The position numbers and the translations under genes are program-made. From Heptranchias perlo (lineage: Eukaryota): a stretch of DNA of 64,000 nt. Location of the stretch: positions 30,194,001 to 30,258,000 of the forward strand of contig NC_090347.1 in assembly GCF_035084215.1 (NCBI RefSeq), given 5' to 3'. This document shows, piece by piece, positions 26,150 to 38,691 of the stretch; positions within the stretch are counted from its first letter, which is position 1, and each line of letters opens with the position of its first letter. The notes beneath the pieces were generated by a model. The model ran no database searches. It saw nothing but the letters and a program-made list of their open reading frames with translations, and was not told where the DNA came from.

Positions 26150-26440
26150 ATTAATCATAAATATACGACAGTCACTAGTAAAGCCAATAAGGAATTCAGG
26201 AAAAACTTCTTTACCCAGAGAGTGGTTAAAATATGGAACTTGTTACTACATGGAATAGTTGAGGTGAATAACATAGATGCATTTAAGGGGAAGCTAGATA
26301 AGTATATAATGGAGAAAGGATACATTATGATGGGGTTAGATGAAGAGGAGTGGAGCATAAACACCAGCATAGACCAGTTGGGCTGAATGGCCTGTTTCTG
26401 TGCTGTAAATTCTATGTACATGTAATTCTATGTAATTTTG
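26150..26440 (+). mobile_element. CR1 LINE 3' fragment
   Basis: EFRKNFFTQRVVKIWN; tail TGTAAATTCTATG. Confidence 0.85.
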
Positions 26441-26485
26441 TTGTAAGTTTTCTAAATACAATGCATGAGTATACAAAAATACATT

Positions 26486-26602
26486 GGCCGGCAATTTCCT
26501 TGGAGCCGCTCCCGCTCCATTGCTGTAACTTCACCCTAAGTGCAGTAAAGACCTCAAAGATATGGCGGTGGAGAGAGAGCAGCTCCGAGGAAATTCCGGG
26601 CC
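26486..26602. mobile_element. Short MITE with ~38-bp imperfect TIRs
   Basis: GGCCGGCAATTTCCTTGGAGCCGCTCCCGCTCCA versus the reverse complement of the right end, GGCCCGGAATTTCCTCGGAGCTGCTCTCTCTCCA; a similar left end lies near 48778. Confidence 0.7.
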
Positions 26603-29600
26603 ATGGTCCAGGGAAATCATTGGAGGTGTGTTCTTGATCTGATCCACCACTTTTCTGCAGGTGGAAATTCCACCCCACCCCCTCCCCCAGAACTTTATGT
26701 AACATTACCATGGGTCATACACAACAACACAGCTCATCGTAAGATGATATTTCAGCCTGAATTTTCATGGCCTTCCGCACACTGCTGCTGTAACTGCCAG
26801 GAATGTAGTGGAGGGGCCAGAAAATGGACCAGTACCCGGATATGCCAAGTTTCTGCCTTCATTGGGAGATCTTGTGAGAGGTGGAATCTCCACCCATTAC
26901 AACATAGTTCCCCACTTCAGAGGGGACAGAAGTGGGGGCGGGGACTCCCTACGCTGAGAGTTCCAGTTCTCCAATATCAATGGGACCAGACATTAGGTTG
27001 GAGGCCATTTCTAGAATGGCACAAGTGGGCCCGCCGGGGAGGGGGAAGGAGGATCCAGATGAGGAAAACAGCCGAGAAGACCAAAGACCTGATATTTTTT
27101 GGTATTTTTTTTTATTGTCAGCCTCCTTACAAAGGGGAAGAGGAATCATTTCTCTGTGGAGGGGGATTGGGCACTCCTCCCTAGTCAGCAGCAAGGGCTG
27201 GAGTTGCCAGCCTGTGGGTGTCTAAGAAATGCCCGCAGTGGCAAAGATGCTTATCTGACCGATGGTGCCTTCCCACTGACCCCATATAATCTGGTGGGGT
27301 CAGCGCTGGAGGGCAATGTCAGGCACAATCCCACCATAACTGGCAGGATTGCAGCCCATGCAAATCGGAATTGTAATGACCTCGATGGCTAATATCCATA
27401 ATTCAGTCATTTCAAACTTTTCTACGTGGGGAAATCCTCTGCAAATATTGCTACTCCAGTTCTAATTTCCAAAAGACAGTGTCAGCTATCCAAAGCAAAA
27501 CAGTTCTATCACTGCAGAAAATGTTTATTTGTGTACAATAACAGAAAAAGAAATACTAGTAAATCAACAAGTAGAAAAAAAGTATAGAAATGGAATGGCA
27601 AAGAAATCTAATAACCCGATAGCCACCCTGGGATCCCCTCAGTGACTCCTTAGGATCTGGAACCATCTCTGAGACTGTTCCATTAGCTTTTACCAACTGG
27701 TGGATGTATTGGCATGTAGGCCACTGATTATGGGGGAGATCACCATACTGAGAGAAAGGTGTAGGAGGTGCTGACATTTGCTTTGAGAAACAGCTTGTTA
27801 TACGTGCGTGAGTACGTGACCTATCAAACCTGCCAAATCGTAGTTCCGCTTTTATAACAAGATGGAAATTCCCTGTATTTTAAAGAGATCAATGCCTGCA
27901 TAAAAACAGAACACACAGGAACATAGTACGAGCTCGCTAAGTGTTCATATGTGAACTTCGCTGATCGGAATTTCTACCCTTAGATTTAAAATGTTATTCT
28001 ATATCTGAGCTTTTCAGTGCTGTTATATTCAGGTCAAGCTTGACAACAGTGATCCTTATTGTCAGATTTACAGATAGTAACCTGGAAATTAAGTGGAGTA
28101 CTGTTATTGTGTGAAGGCTTAACACATACATATCAAAATCCTCTCTCCGCTATTTTACCGGAGGCATTACTCATTAGATCAACATATCCTTAAAGAAAAC
28201 GGAGAGAGGAATTCAATATGGGCATGAGAAGCTTCCAGGCTAAAAGAAATAACCAAGCAAAATTGAAGTAAATAAATAAACCATTAGATAAAACGACATT
28301 CTGATCTATCTGATGTTCCATTTAATTCAGCCGTGTACTTTTAACTGCGACCTGGAATAAATTCTTATTGAGGAGCTTCACAAACTTAAATGATTTGTCA
28401 CTCTTAGGACTGTGGTCCAACCCAACACAGCGGGGATATGGAGTTTCATATTATCAAAGCCAGGAGCCAAGCAATCAACACAAGCACAGCTAAGTGCTAT
28501 GATCTTACCAATAGGTTTAATTTACAAATCATAAAAGCTTTGGGGCATGAGAGTTTAGAAATTAATTGCCAACCCTAGTCTAATGATGTATTTCCAAAGA
28601 TTTCCTGATCACTGTAGTGTAGTTTACACAGAAAAAAATAATTGTGTATCAAACACAAAGGAACTTTCAGACAAAACAATGGGGAAATAAATGATTTAAC
28701 CTGTCAAGTGTATAACTAAAATGCTAAGTGTCCTTGAAAATAATAGCGCCATGTAAAATATACCCTAGAGGTTTTTTTTACTTTGTGAGGTTTGCACCAC
28801 TGCTGAATGTGTCTCAAAGATCCTTTCGTGTTCCTTAAATTGGTTTCAGTTACTTTGTCATTTATTTTTACTATGAAATTATATTCGTTCCTGGTAATTT
28901 AGATTCAAGGGTTGAAGACCACTGTAAAATGAGGTTAAACCCTTGGAAACTGATGCATCGACTGAGCGAGGAAACAACATCAGAAGTGACGTTGTACAAA
29001 TGATGAATGTGTACAGAAGATGAGATCACTTCACAAGAGAGTTTTTAAAGCATACATCTGTTTCTGGATCACATGGATCTGTCACTTCACAGACAAACCC
29101 CCTTTTTGGCAGGATTTCCAGTTCCCATGTTCTTTCAGCACTTTGACTGAGCTTGACTCTGATCTAGTGTATCTGAATTCGCTGAAGTGAGTTTGGCTCA
29201 TTGTGCTGCAGACTTGCAATAAATCCCTGTGCAACTGTGGCTTTCTCATTCCTGTATTGCTTTTCTCAATGTTCACAGTTCAATTTGAAAACCTGTTACT
29301 GGGATAAAAGGTTCTGTTCCTTCCAGTTCTATACATCAGGCTGTATTTCACCCCTGCATTTAATAGTGGGCCTCAATAGACATACTATCATTTTTAACAT
29401 TTTTTTTTGCCAAGTTGATCTATGTATCATTCCCTGCCAAGTAGGTGGCTAGGCACCTGCTACCAGACTTCTGCCAATACCACAGCTGGTTGCTTGGGGT
29501 GGTGAGAGTTGCCTATGCCAACTTTGAATTTTCTTCCCTTCCACTCTGTGGAACTGTGGAAAGCCCTTGTCACTGTTAGTACCCACCCAGGAGAGAACTT

Positions 29601-30205
29601 AAATGCTCACTGTTTGGGCAAGCCTTCATTCTAACACACTCTGGTACAGCCCAGTGAAACACAAAGGGCCCGATTTTAGCAGCCGGTCTCGGGTGCGTTC
29701 TCGGCGGGGGGGCCTCTAAAATCCCGAAATCGAGGAGCGGGACCGGATCGCGCCTCGATCCCGCCCACTTCCGAGTTCCACGCTGACGTGCGGGGGTGTG
29801 TGCGTAGCCCCCGCTGGTGGGAATCCCGCAGGCAATTAAAGCCAGCGGGGTTCCACTTGAGTGTATTTATCTAGGTATTTCAGGTCATTAAATGACCTGA
29901 TTGAGCTGTTTATTTAACAAGTGTGGGATTTTACGGTGAAATGAGACTGTTTCCCATACTGGGGGAAACACTCACACTGCCAACGGACGTGTTGCAGCCA
30001 GCAGCCTGTGGCAGCTGCCAAGGTGCATTCCACAGGTGAGGGGGGAGAGCCTTCACCAACGCAGGAGGACACTCCGTAACATTGGGCAACGCCTGCCCTC
30101 CACCACCCTCCTCCAAGCAAGAAGATTCACCAGCGTAGAAGTGCAACCCTTGTGTGAGGACACACTTTTCTAGCATGCACAACCCCGCAGACCTACACCT
30201 GCCAG

Positions 30206-31432
30206 ATGGGTGCTGTGTTGACATCCTCGGAGGACGAATAGCATGACCAGCCTCAGCAGCCTCGCAGTCCACGCCGTCCGCCTCAGAGACGTGCATCCCC
30301 ACAACACGGTGCTGTGGCACATCCACCTGCACAGCAGGATGGAGGGCATCCGCAGAGAGAGATGCGTCACAGGAGGCACTACCCTCCGCACAGGGTCTAC
30401 AGACTGAGGCTCAGCTTCATGGACCTCTCTGAGCAGCAGTGCATACGTAGGCTCAGAGTCACTCGCCAGGTAGTCGCCGACATCTGCAGCCTCCTTAATG
30501 ACGAGCTGCTCCCGGATGGACCAAGCAGCATCTTCTTACCCGTCGCCATCAAAGTCACCACTGCCCTCAACTTCTTCGCCTCCGGATCCTTCCAGGGTGC
30601 CACGGGGGACATCACCGGGGTCTGTCAGTCGTCTGCACACAAGTGCATAAGGCAGGTCACCGATGGGTTGTTCCGCAGGGCCTCGAACTACATCAACTTC
30701 GCCATTGATGAGCGCAGCCAGACGGAGAGGGCGGTTGGATTCCATGCTGTGGCTGGCTTCCCACGGGTGCAGGGTGTAATCGATTGCACCCACATAGCAA
30801 TACGGGCATCTCCACATGAGCCAGGGCTGTTCATCAACAGGAAAGGGTATCACTCCATGAACGCGCAGCTCATTTGTGACCACCGCCAGAGATTCCTACA
30901 CGTGTGCGCCAGATACCCTGGCAGCTGCCATGATGCCTTCGTCCTCAGGGAGTCCACCGTCCCGCCCCTCTTCCACGCACCCAACGCCGGCAACGGCTGG
31001 CTCCTCGGCGACAAGGGATATCCCCTGCACACGTGGCTTATGACACCTCTGAGGAACCCCATTACCGAGCCGCAGCGTCGATATAATGACAGACACATTG
31101 CTACCACGTCTACAATTGAGCAGGCTATGGGGCTGCTCAAGATGCGCCTCAGGTGCCTTGATCGTTCCGGGGGAGCGCTCCAATACACACCACTCCGAGT
31201 GGGACGAATTATAGTTGTCTGCTGTGCCCTGCATAACATGGCACTACAGAGAGGGGTGCCGCTGGAGGAGGCCCCATGCACACCCGCCACCCACATTGAG
31301 GACGACAATGAGGAGGAGGAGGAGGAGGAAGAGGAAGAGGGAGAGGAGGAGGAACGACCCATGGGCCGAACACCGGCTCACCTGCGTGCTCGTCAGGCCA
31401 GGGAGGCACTCATATGCCAACGGTTCTCCTAA
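30206..31432 (+). CDS. Harbinger DDE transposase (HARBI1-like, DDE_Tnp_4); in-frame TAG at codon 12, next in-frame ATG at 30362
   Basis: ALNFFASGSFQ, GFPRVQGVIDCTH, NRKGYHSMNAQLICD, YPGSCHD, WLLGDKGYP, IEQAMGLLKMR, CCALHN and an acidic tail. ATG 30206 is in frame, with TAG at 30239-30241. Confidence 0.95.
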
Positions 31433-31671
31433 CATCACACTGTGTGAGGCGTTCACATGTCATAACGTGCACAGACGAGGGTCCATACAGGCTCCCTCCA
31501 CAGAAGAGTGGTGCCTGTACACCTGCACCCACTGGATTATGCCCAATGGGTGGGACGGGTGGTCGTCGTCATGATGAGGCGCACGGAAGGGACATATTGC
31601 ACAAGCCGCAGAATTATGGACAAGAGGTGGCTGCATTGGTGAGAAAAAGTGAGTTTATTTTGTGTTGACAT

Positions 31672-33576
31672 TCAAATAGTGGAAATAAAAAAAAAATAGA
31701 CAAACACCCTGGTGCAATCCCTGTGTGTTCGGGAACCCCTACGTGGTGCTACCCCTGTGGCTCCAGCAGAGGTGGTGGCAGGTTGCTCCTGTTCGTGCCC
31801 TGACCGGGTAGATGCTTTGGGCCGACGCCCCCTGGGTTTCAGTGCCCGTGAGGGCACCTCCACAGGCTGCTCCTCCTGCACCTGTGCAGGGGCAGACTCG
31901 GCCACCTGGAGAGGATGGACTATTGCGGGCACTGGTTGAGAGGGGGGCAACGGGTGAGACGTGGGGGCGCCTTGAGTAGCGTCCACACTTCCATTTCCCC
32001 GTTCACCATCTTCCCTCTCATGGCCAAGGCCCACATCACCCCTTCCACCCTGCTGGACGGCAGTTTGGATGACGTGGGTGAGACCTTGCAAGGCCACCTC
32101 CAATGTATCTGTCAACCTGTTTATGGCGGCAGAATGTTGCTCACCCTGAATCCGAACAGCCGTTGTGAGGGCCTGGATGGACTCATTGGTGAGCTGTGCG
32201 TGACGCTCAAGGGAGGCTAGCCTGTCCTCCACCGCAGACGTTCCCACACCTACCCGCGACACTATCTCAGAGATGCCTTCACGTCCCTGCAACACTATCT
32301 CGGCGATACCCTCCTGCATCTGTGCCACCATTCCCCTCATGCAGGAGTTGGACTCCTCCATCCTCCGTGCGATTGTGGAGAGTGCGCGTGGCACCTCTCC
32401 CAGTACCTCAGCAATGTTCTGGTGCCCCTCGACGACTCTCCCTTTGACAGGTGGCCCCCTGGGTTCAGCATCTGGGTCCGGCTGAGCAGAGCCTGGAGAA
32501 GAGTGCTCCCACCGACGCGGACCCTCCGCGGCTGACCCTGCCACCAGGGTCTGCTCATGCTCACGTGTGCGCGGTGACTCACCATGTGCAATCCCAACTA
32601 ACTGAGGGGGGGGACCCACCGAGGTGTGTGTATCTGCGCTGGTGGATGCAAGGCTCATGTGTGACGATGCACCCTCAGAGACGGGCATGTCCTCTGAGGA
32701 ATCCCCCTCAACCGAAACGTCGATCGCAGACGGCCCTGCAAGAGAACAGAGGGCAATATCAGGCATGTGTCCAAATGTGGCGGTGCGGCATATGCCATGT
32801 GATGCTAAGATCATTCGCGCTCATGAGTGATGAGTGCCAGCTTTCCCTTACCGGCCGTTTCGACAGAACCAGACTCGCCATCCACCACTGACAGGCAATG
32901 CAGCGTGCGGCTGATCTCCAGTGCCTCGACCTCGGCGTCTGTCAGGGCCACCTCGTGTGGCGGGCCCCCTCCGGTGCGTGCCCTATCGCGTGCGTTCCTG
33001 CACCTCTTCTCCTGTGAGGGCAAAACACAAAAAACGTTATTGAGTGATGATTACAATGTGAGACGCTTCAAGCATTGGTGTGAGTGGGTTGAGCATGTGC
33101 CAGATGGATGGGAGGATGCGTGTGCCACATGGCCATCCCATTGTATGGGCATTGGGGTGTGTGGTAGTGGTCGAGTGGGGACAGGGACGGTGGGTACGTG
33201 CAGGCACTGTGAGGATGATAGTTGGGTGGCTGTGAGGATTGGTGCGGGAGCGCAGTGCTGTCAGTGGAGATGGGGTTGTGAGGTGGTTGAGGTGATGTGG
33301 AAGACGGAGTGAGGCAGAGTGCGTTAGTGTACTCACTTTCCCGGACCTGGTGAGGTCATTGAATCTCTTGCGGCACTGCATCCAAGTGCGGGTGGTGTTG
33401 CCCCTGCTTGTGACCTCCGCGGCCACCTCCTCCCATGCCCACTTGGTGGCGCTGCCAGGGCACCTCCTTCCATCACTGGGGAACAGCGTCTCCCTCCTCA
33501 TGCGGACCCCGTCCAGCAGCACCTGGAGGGCGTGGTCCGTGAAGCGGGGAGCAGCCTTACCCCTGCGCTCCTCCAT
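31672..33576 (-). CDS. Harbinger Myb/SANT DNA-binding protein; 3 exons join(33576-33337, 33011-32852, 32735-31672), 487 aa
   Basis: APRFT..AWEEVA..RTWMQCRKRFNDL trihelix motif; donors GTGAGT and GTAAGG; acceptors TCACAG and TTGCAG; phases 0 and 1 give one open frame; RTGGG motif in exon 2 and a coiled-coil-like region in exon 3. Confidence 0.9.
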
Positions 33577-33625
33577 CCTTCATGGACTGTAGGTTGTGGC
33601 TGGAGGGGCTTTGGTGGACTGCCCC

Positions 33626-33671
33626 TTTAAATAGAGCTCCAACATCGCTCAGACGTCAATGCGCATGCGCA
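33626..33671 (-). promoter_or_regulatory. Putative promoter of the Myb/SANT gene
   Basis: TATTTAAA (33626-33633, - strand) ~50 bp upstream of the ATG, CRE-like TGACGTCT (33651-33658) and NRF1-type palindrome TGCGCATGCGCA (33660-33671). Confidence 0.55.
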
Positions 33672-34291
33672 GGCCGCCGGCACGCAGCTGAGAAGCGCGG
33701 AACCCGTAACTGCCAGCTAATTACATCAATCATCCCGCGATCGCGTGCGCAACGCACTCAGTTTGGCCGGCGCGTTTTCCTCGAGCCCGACTAACCACCT
33801 GCTGCCAACCCGCACCCCTGGTAAAATCGGGCCCAAAGACACTGTGCCACCGCACCCACCAACTTCACGGTGCCAGCTTTAACATTGAAAGAGTTACACC
33901 ATCATGGCTACATTTCAAGAAGAACATGCTGTTCTCATGTCATGGAATGCTATGTGGGTCAGTCATTGTACTTAGCCAGCCTTGTACAGCAATCACATGC
34001 ACCATCTCAGTCTCTGAGAACTGGCTAATTCTTCCCAAAAACATCACCTCAATATTTTATGGTGCAGTTCTTTAATAATAGGGCAGTATTTGAAATGATA
34101 TCTTTTAGTCTTTAATCTTAAACTAAGTTCCCTGCCCAAGCTACCTCAGGAAGTATTCCCATATAACACCCACTGGCCATGGACCTAGAATTATTTCTTC
34201 ATAAATCTGTGGTGTTGATGCCACAGTTCTTAATGCTTTAATGTAAACCACTGATGCTGAAAAAGACGACTAAAAGACAAAAAAAGGGGCA

Positions 34292-34428
34292 NNNNNNNNN
34301 NNNNNNNNNNNNNNNNNNNNNNNNNNNNNNNNNNNNNNNNNNNNNNNNNNNNNNNNNNNNNNNNNNNNNNNNNNNNNNNNNNNNNNNNNNNNNNNNNNNN
34401 NNNNNNNNNNNNNNNNNNNNNNNNNNNN
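34292..34428. other. Assembly gap (N run)
   Basis: 137 Ns. Confidence 1.
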
Positions 34429-35095
34429 TCACACTTCAAATATCATAATTCAGATGTCACACTTCAAGCATCACACTTTGTATAAAACACCAACAAATCA
34501 CATGTGAACAAGCTTCAATAAAGAGAAATAAAGCCAGTCACTTCCTGCTGGTTTTATCTTTCAGTTATATTGGGCTCTCTGTAAGAAGAGGAGCCAAGCC
34601 GCTGAAAATCTAGAGAAATCTCCACTAGAAGCAGTAATTTGCCTGTGATCAACCTGTGAGATTTGCCCATTGAGACCACTTCCCCACAATAGGTGCCTGA
34701 GCAGTGGCTTTAAAAGGAGAGGACAGGCTAGCAGTTTGGCACCACAACAATGCAGTAGGCCCTGGACTACCAATGGGCCACATCACATGAGATCAACTAG
34801 TGTTATCAAATAAAACAGATTTACAGAATTGTCAATGAGTTATCTAATCTCAAGGTTCAGATGGCATTATAAATAGCTCAAACCTTTCTTCTAGAGTTTA
34901 TGACACTGCAATAAACCCATTGATTTGATATTTACCTTGTGATCACTCCCTAGCATCCATTATGGACTAGTATCCATTATAAACCAGTTATGCTATGCAT
35001 TTTCCATTGACGCAAAGCAGTTCATATCAGCATAAAGTATGTGGTAAAAATCAAAGGTGAAGTCGCTCGGATTGAATTTTGGACAAGGACTCCAG

Positions 35096-35312
35096 AGTTA
35101 TAAATTGGATAGCCAGGTGGTGAAGGATAGAATTCTAGAGCCTGGTCTTCAGTTGCTTCCAAGCCTTTATTCACAGAGATTCCCCTTACACATGGTGCAC
35201 CTCCTAGATAAGCTCCCTCCTATAAATGGATATAAGAGAGTCCTCAATTGATACCCACCCACCTGCATACAATTAACACTAATTGATACAAACCACATGT
35301 ATACAATTAACA
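35096..35312 (-). mobile_element. Probable solo LTR
   Basis: Minus strand starts TGTTAAT, carries AATAAA and ends ...ATAAC(T); flanks TCCAG/TGCAG resemble a 5-bp TSD with one mismatch. Confidence 0.45.
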
Positions 35313-36435
35313 TGCAGCTCGAGAAGCTCATCTCAAACCACTTCAACTTTGTATCAGGTTCATGTTAGAAGAGAGCCAACTAACGGTTACTCCTGCTATT
35401 TGTTAAAGTAAAAAAATTACTGGAACTTGGACACTGGTATAGATCGTTCTGAGCACGTGTTTGCACGTTCTGTGCATGTATTTGCACGTGTGCGAGGAGC
35501 TCCACTTTGCTTGGCTATATCCGGCAGTATGACTTTATTCTGCCAGCTTCATATCACTCTGAGCAAGTACGAGTCTCAAATCCATGATGCAACAGCACTG
35601 TATAATTAAAAATGATGTCCATTAACATCAGGCATTACAATTTTTTATGTGCCTGGAACTATATTCAAGTATTACTGCTGTTTCAAAATGACTGAAAATA
35701 GTGTGACATGGTGTCTATAATTGGCATAGTATGGCCGTGGTGGTTGCCAATGAGACTCAGAAAGCCTAGGCAACCAGCATGGATTCAAACTAAACTTAGA
35801 AATAAAGGAACAGAGAATTGTGGCTGCCCTCACTGGCGTCTAGAAGACTTAGCTTTAATTTCCCATTTGCTCTGACCAGACACCGTCTTGTAGAATTGCA
35901 GTTTGCATGGGGTAGGGTGCTTGATTGTCAGACAGAAGCCTTATTTCTATGGAGATAGTTGTTCTGATATCTACCCAAGTCACTAAAACTGATAGGTCTT
36001 TGATTGTTTCACAGCCTGCCTTCCTATTCTTTCAAAGAGCCAGAATTGCAAAGATCTGCATTTACTGCCATTTCTCATGGACAATATGTGCATCTTTTCT
36101 CTTTCTGGTCAATCGCGCTCTTTGTTGTTGTTGATTTTTTTTTACACCAATGCCTATTCCAATTAGTTTTCTATCTTTTCTGGTCCTTTATATAGAAGCA
36201 TTCTTCAGATTTCAAGTCCCTTGACAGCATTTTGTTAAAAGTGCCATTGATTCCAAGCTCTAGATCGCTAGCTCTGTGTACTACTATCATATCCTCATCC
36301 ATTATAAAGGTTTAATTTACTACTCATACTGGGAGTCTCAGGCTCCTGGCCTGAGAATGGCCTCCTCTTATTGTACATTCTGACCTCTTGCAAAGCAAAC
36401 CTTCAATTCGTTTTCTCTCGAACCATCGAAGAAGA

Positions 36436-36500
36436 TGACATCATGAGAAGCAGTTGCTAGGGTGACAGTCTGTGGTCAGCATAGTAGTTGCCATGGAGCA
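36436..36500. promoter_or_regulatory. CRE-like site plus two X-box-like motifs
   Basis: TGACATCA 36436-36443, GTTGCTAGGGTGAC 36453-36466, GTTGCCATGGAGCA 36487-36500. Confidence 0.4.
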
Positions 36501-37332
36501 GATAAATGCAGCCTTGGTGTGGGTGAGAACGAAAATCTACACGTCAGCTTTATTTGTAGTGCATCGACTTGGGGCATTCAGCTAAACACTAACCCTTTAT
36601 TTCACCCTGATGGACCCGATGTTACTGCAACATCATGTGACCAGCGTCACCTTTTACTGACATACTTTATAAAAAAGAGAAATCATGAAGGAAACAATGG
36701 CAGTCACTCTTCAGAAAAGACAACGAACGTCCTTGTGTGTTGTGAAATCCTGACTGTTTTGTTGCACTAATCAATACATATTTTAAGTGTCGTTGAAACA
36801 TTTGCCAGAAAAGTAGCTCCTATATACTAATGAGAAATACATAATAAGGAACAATCAGGATTCAGTTTTTATTTAAGAAGTATGTGTCTGTTTTTAAAAT
36901 TCTCCTGACATCTTTAGAAACGTATCTCTTCACCTCAGTAAAACCCACATAGTTTGAACTGTGCCACATGATGGCGAAAAAGCTGATTCATTTATAGCGA
37001 TACAAAGACTAACATCATAGAAACAGCACAAAATGAAGGTTATTCAGAAGCTCACAATTAACCAAAGATAATACTACATTCATAGAAATGTCCTACTTTA
37101 ATTCTATATTTTAAAGTAGGTTCACTACAAAAGCAGTCACAGAACAGATAGATGTGTTTATGTTGTATTTTGTGTTTATGCTATATACTGTATGTTGTGT
37201 TTTATGTTATATGCCATGTGCCTTTTGATGTGTTTAAGCTGTGTGCCATCTTTATGCTGTATACCTGTGCTGTGTATTTCCTATGAGCCACGTGCTGTGT
37301 ACCAAGTTTGTGCAGCAGCACAGCATATTTTT

Positions 37333-38023
37333 GGTGTTGTTTGACCCTAAGATAAGCTTCTGGGGTCATGTCCTCTCCATCACAAAGACTGCCTACTTCC
37401 ACCTCTGTAATATTACCCACATCTACCTCTATCTCAGCCCGTCTCCCACTGAAACCGTCATTATGCCTTTGTCACCTCCAGACTGGACTATTCCAATGCT
37501 CTCCTGGACAGCCTCCCATTCTCCAAACTTCAGCTTATCCTAAATTCTGCTGCCCGTATCCTATCCTGCACCAAGTCCTGCTCATCCATCACCCCAGTCC
37601 TCGCTGACCTACATAAGCTCCTAACCTCCAAATGCCTCAAATTTAAAATTCTCATCCATTTGTTTAAATCCCTCCATGGCATTAGCCTTCCATATCTCTG
37701 TAACCTCCTACAGCCCTATAACCTCTCCTGAATCCATTTGCCTGACTCCAGCCTCTTGTGTATCCCCCCTCACTTTGCCCTACCATTAGTGACTATGTCT
37801 TCAGCTGCTTAGGCCCCTCTAGAATTCACTCCTTTGACCCATCTGCCTCTTCACCTCCCTTTCCTCCTTTAAAACTCTCCTTAAAATCCAAGTTTTTGAC
37901 CAAACCTTTGGTCACCCCTTCTCTCCTTCTTTGGCTTGATATCCATTTTTACCTCACACCTATAAAGTGCTTTGGGACATATTTCTGCATTAAAGATGCT
38001 ATATAAATGCTAGTTGTTGTTGT
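37333..38023 (+). mobile_element. L2 LINE 3' fragment inserted in a TG-rich low-complexity tract
   Basis: Homologous to 20148-20732 (ACCTCCAGACTGGACTATTCCAATGC, TTTAAAATTCTCATCC); tail TATAAATGCTAGTTGTTGTTG. Confidence 0.88.
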
Positions 38024-38691
38024 GTTATGTGGACCCAAATAGTATGTTTATAGTGTATTTGTAGTTGTAATGTGGTGTATTCCTCATGTGGTATCTTTGC
38101 CTTGTGTTTTGGTTTGTGTGGTATGTTTGTGGTATGTTTGTGGTGTGTCTTTGGTACAACAACTGATGGAGTATGGAGTGGGGCGGTTGTATTATGTACT
38201 ATCGTAAAGAATACTCTACTGCGTCAGCTTGGCTCACTCAGTATCACTCTCACTTCTGGGTCAGAAGGTTGTGAGTTTGAGCCACAGAACCAGACTTCAC
38301 TCCATGATCTAGGTTGATATTCCAGTGCCTAATAAATGACTGTTGCATCATTGGTGGTGCTGTTGTTTGGATGGGATGTAAAATGAGGCCCTGTCTACCC
38401 CATGTGCACATTACTGAATAGTACTCATATTTACTATTGAGCTTTCTTTGTGCTTTTAATAACTAGCCAGACTGGCAAAGTTTAAAACTGGTGACACGTG
38501 ACAATTGTGTAGCTCTAATGTTAAATCATTGGACTCCCATATTTAGGTACTGGATTCAAATAGTCGCCCCAACTCATATTGAGCCTAAGTTTGTGCTGAG
38601 CTGCTAAAAAAAGGAGAAAAGGGCAGGAAGACTACTGTGCCCCATGAAGTAATGGGATGACTTCTGCTGTGAAGATCTCATTGATCTAAAT

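Larger units (their letters stand above)
29666..33834 (+). mobile_element. Full-length PIF/Harbinger DNA transposon (4,169 bp)
   Basis: 17-bp TIRs GGGCCCGATTTTA(G/C)CAG at 29666-29682 and 33818-33834; AAA on both flanks; two convergent genes; sharp GC/CpG-rich block in CpG-poor DNA. Confidence 0.97.

Noticed and set aside
26603-27184. 193-aa ORF
   Set aside because: Lies in a GC-rich degraded repeat and shows no protein-like motifs.
30314-31432. Host HARBI1 gene
   Set aside because: It lies within TIRs and a TSD beside a Myb/SANT partner, so it is a transposon copy.
33037-33336. H/T/P-rich C-terminus of the 179-aa ORF
   Set aside because: Read-through into intron 1 of the Myb/SANT gene.
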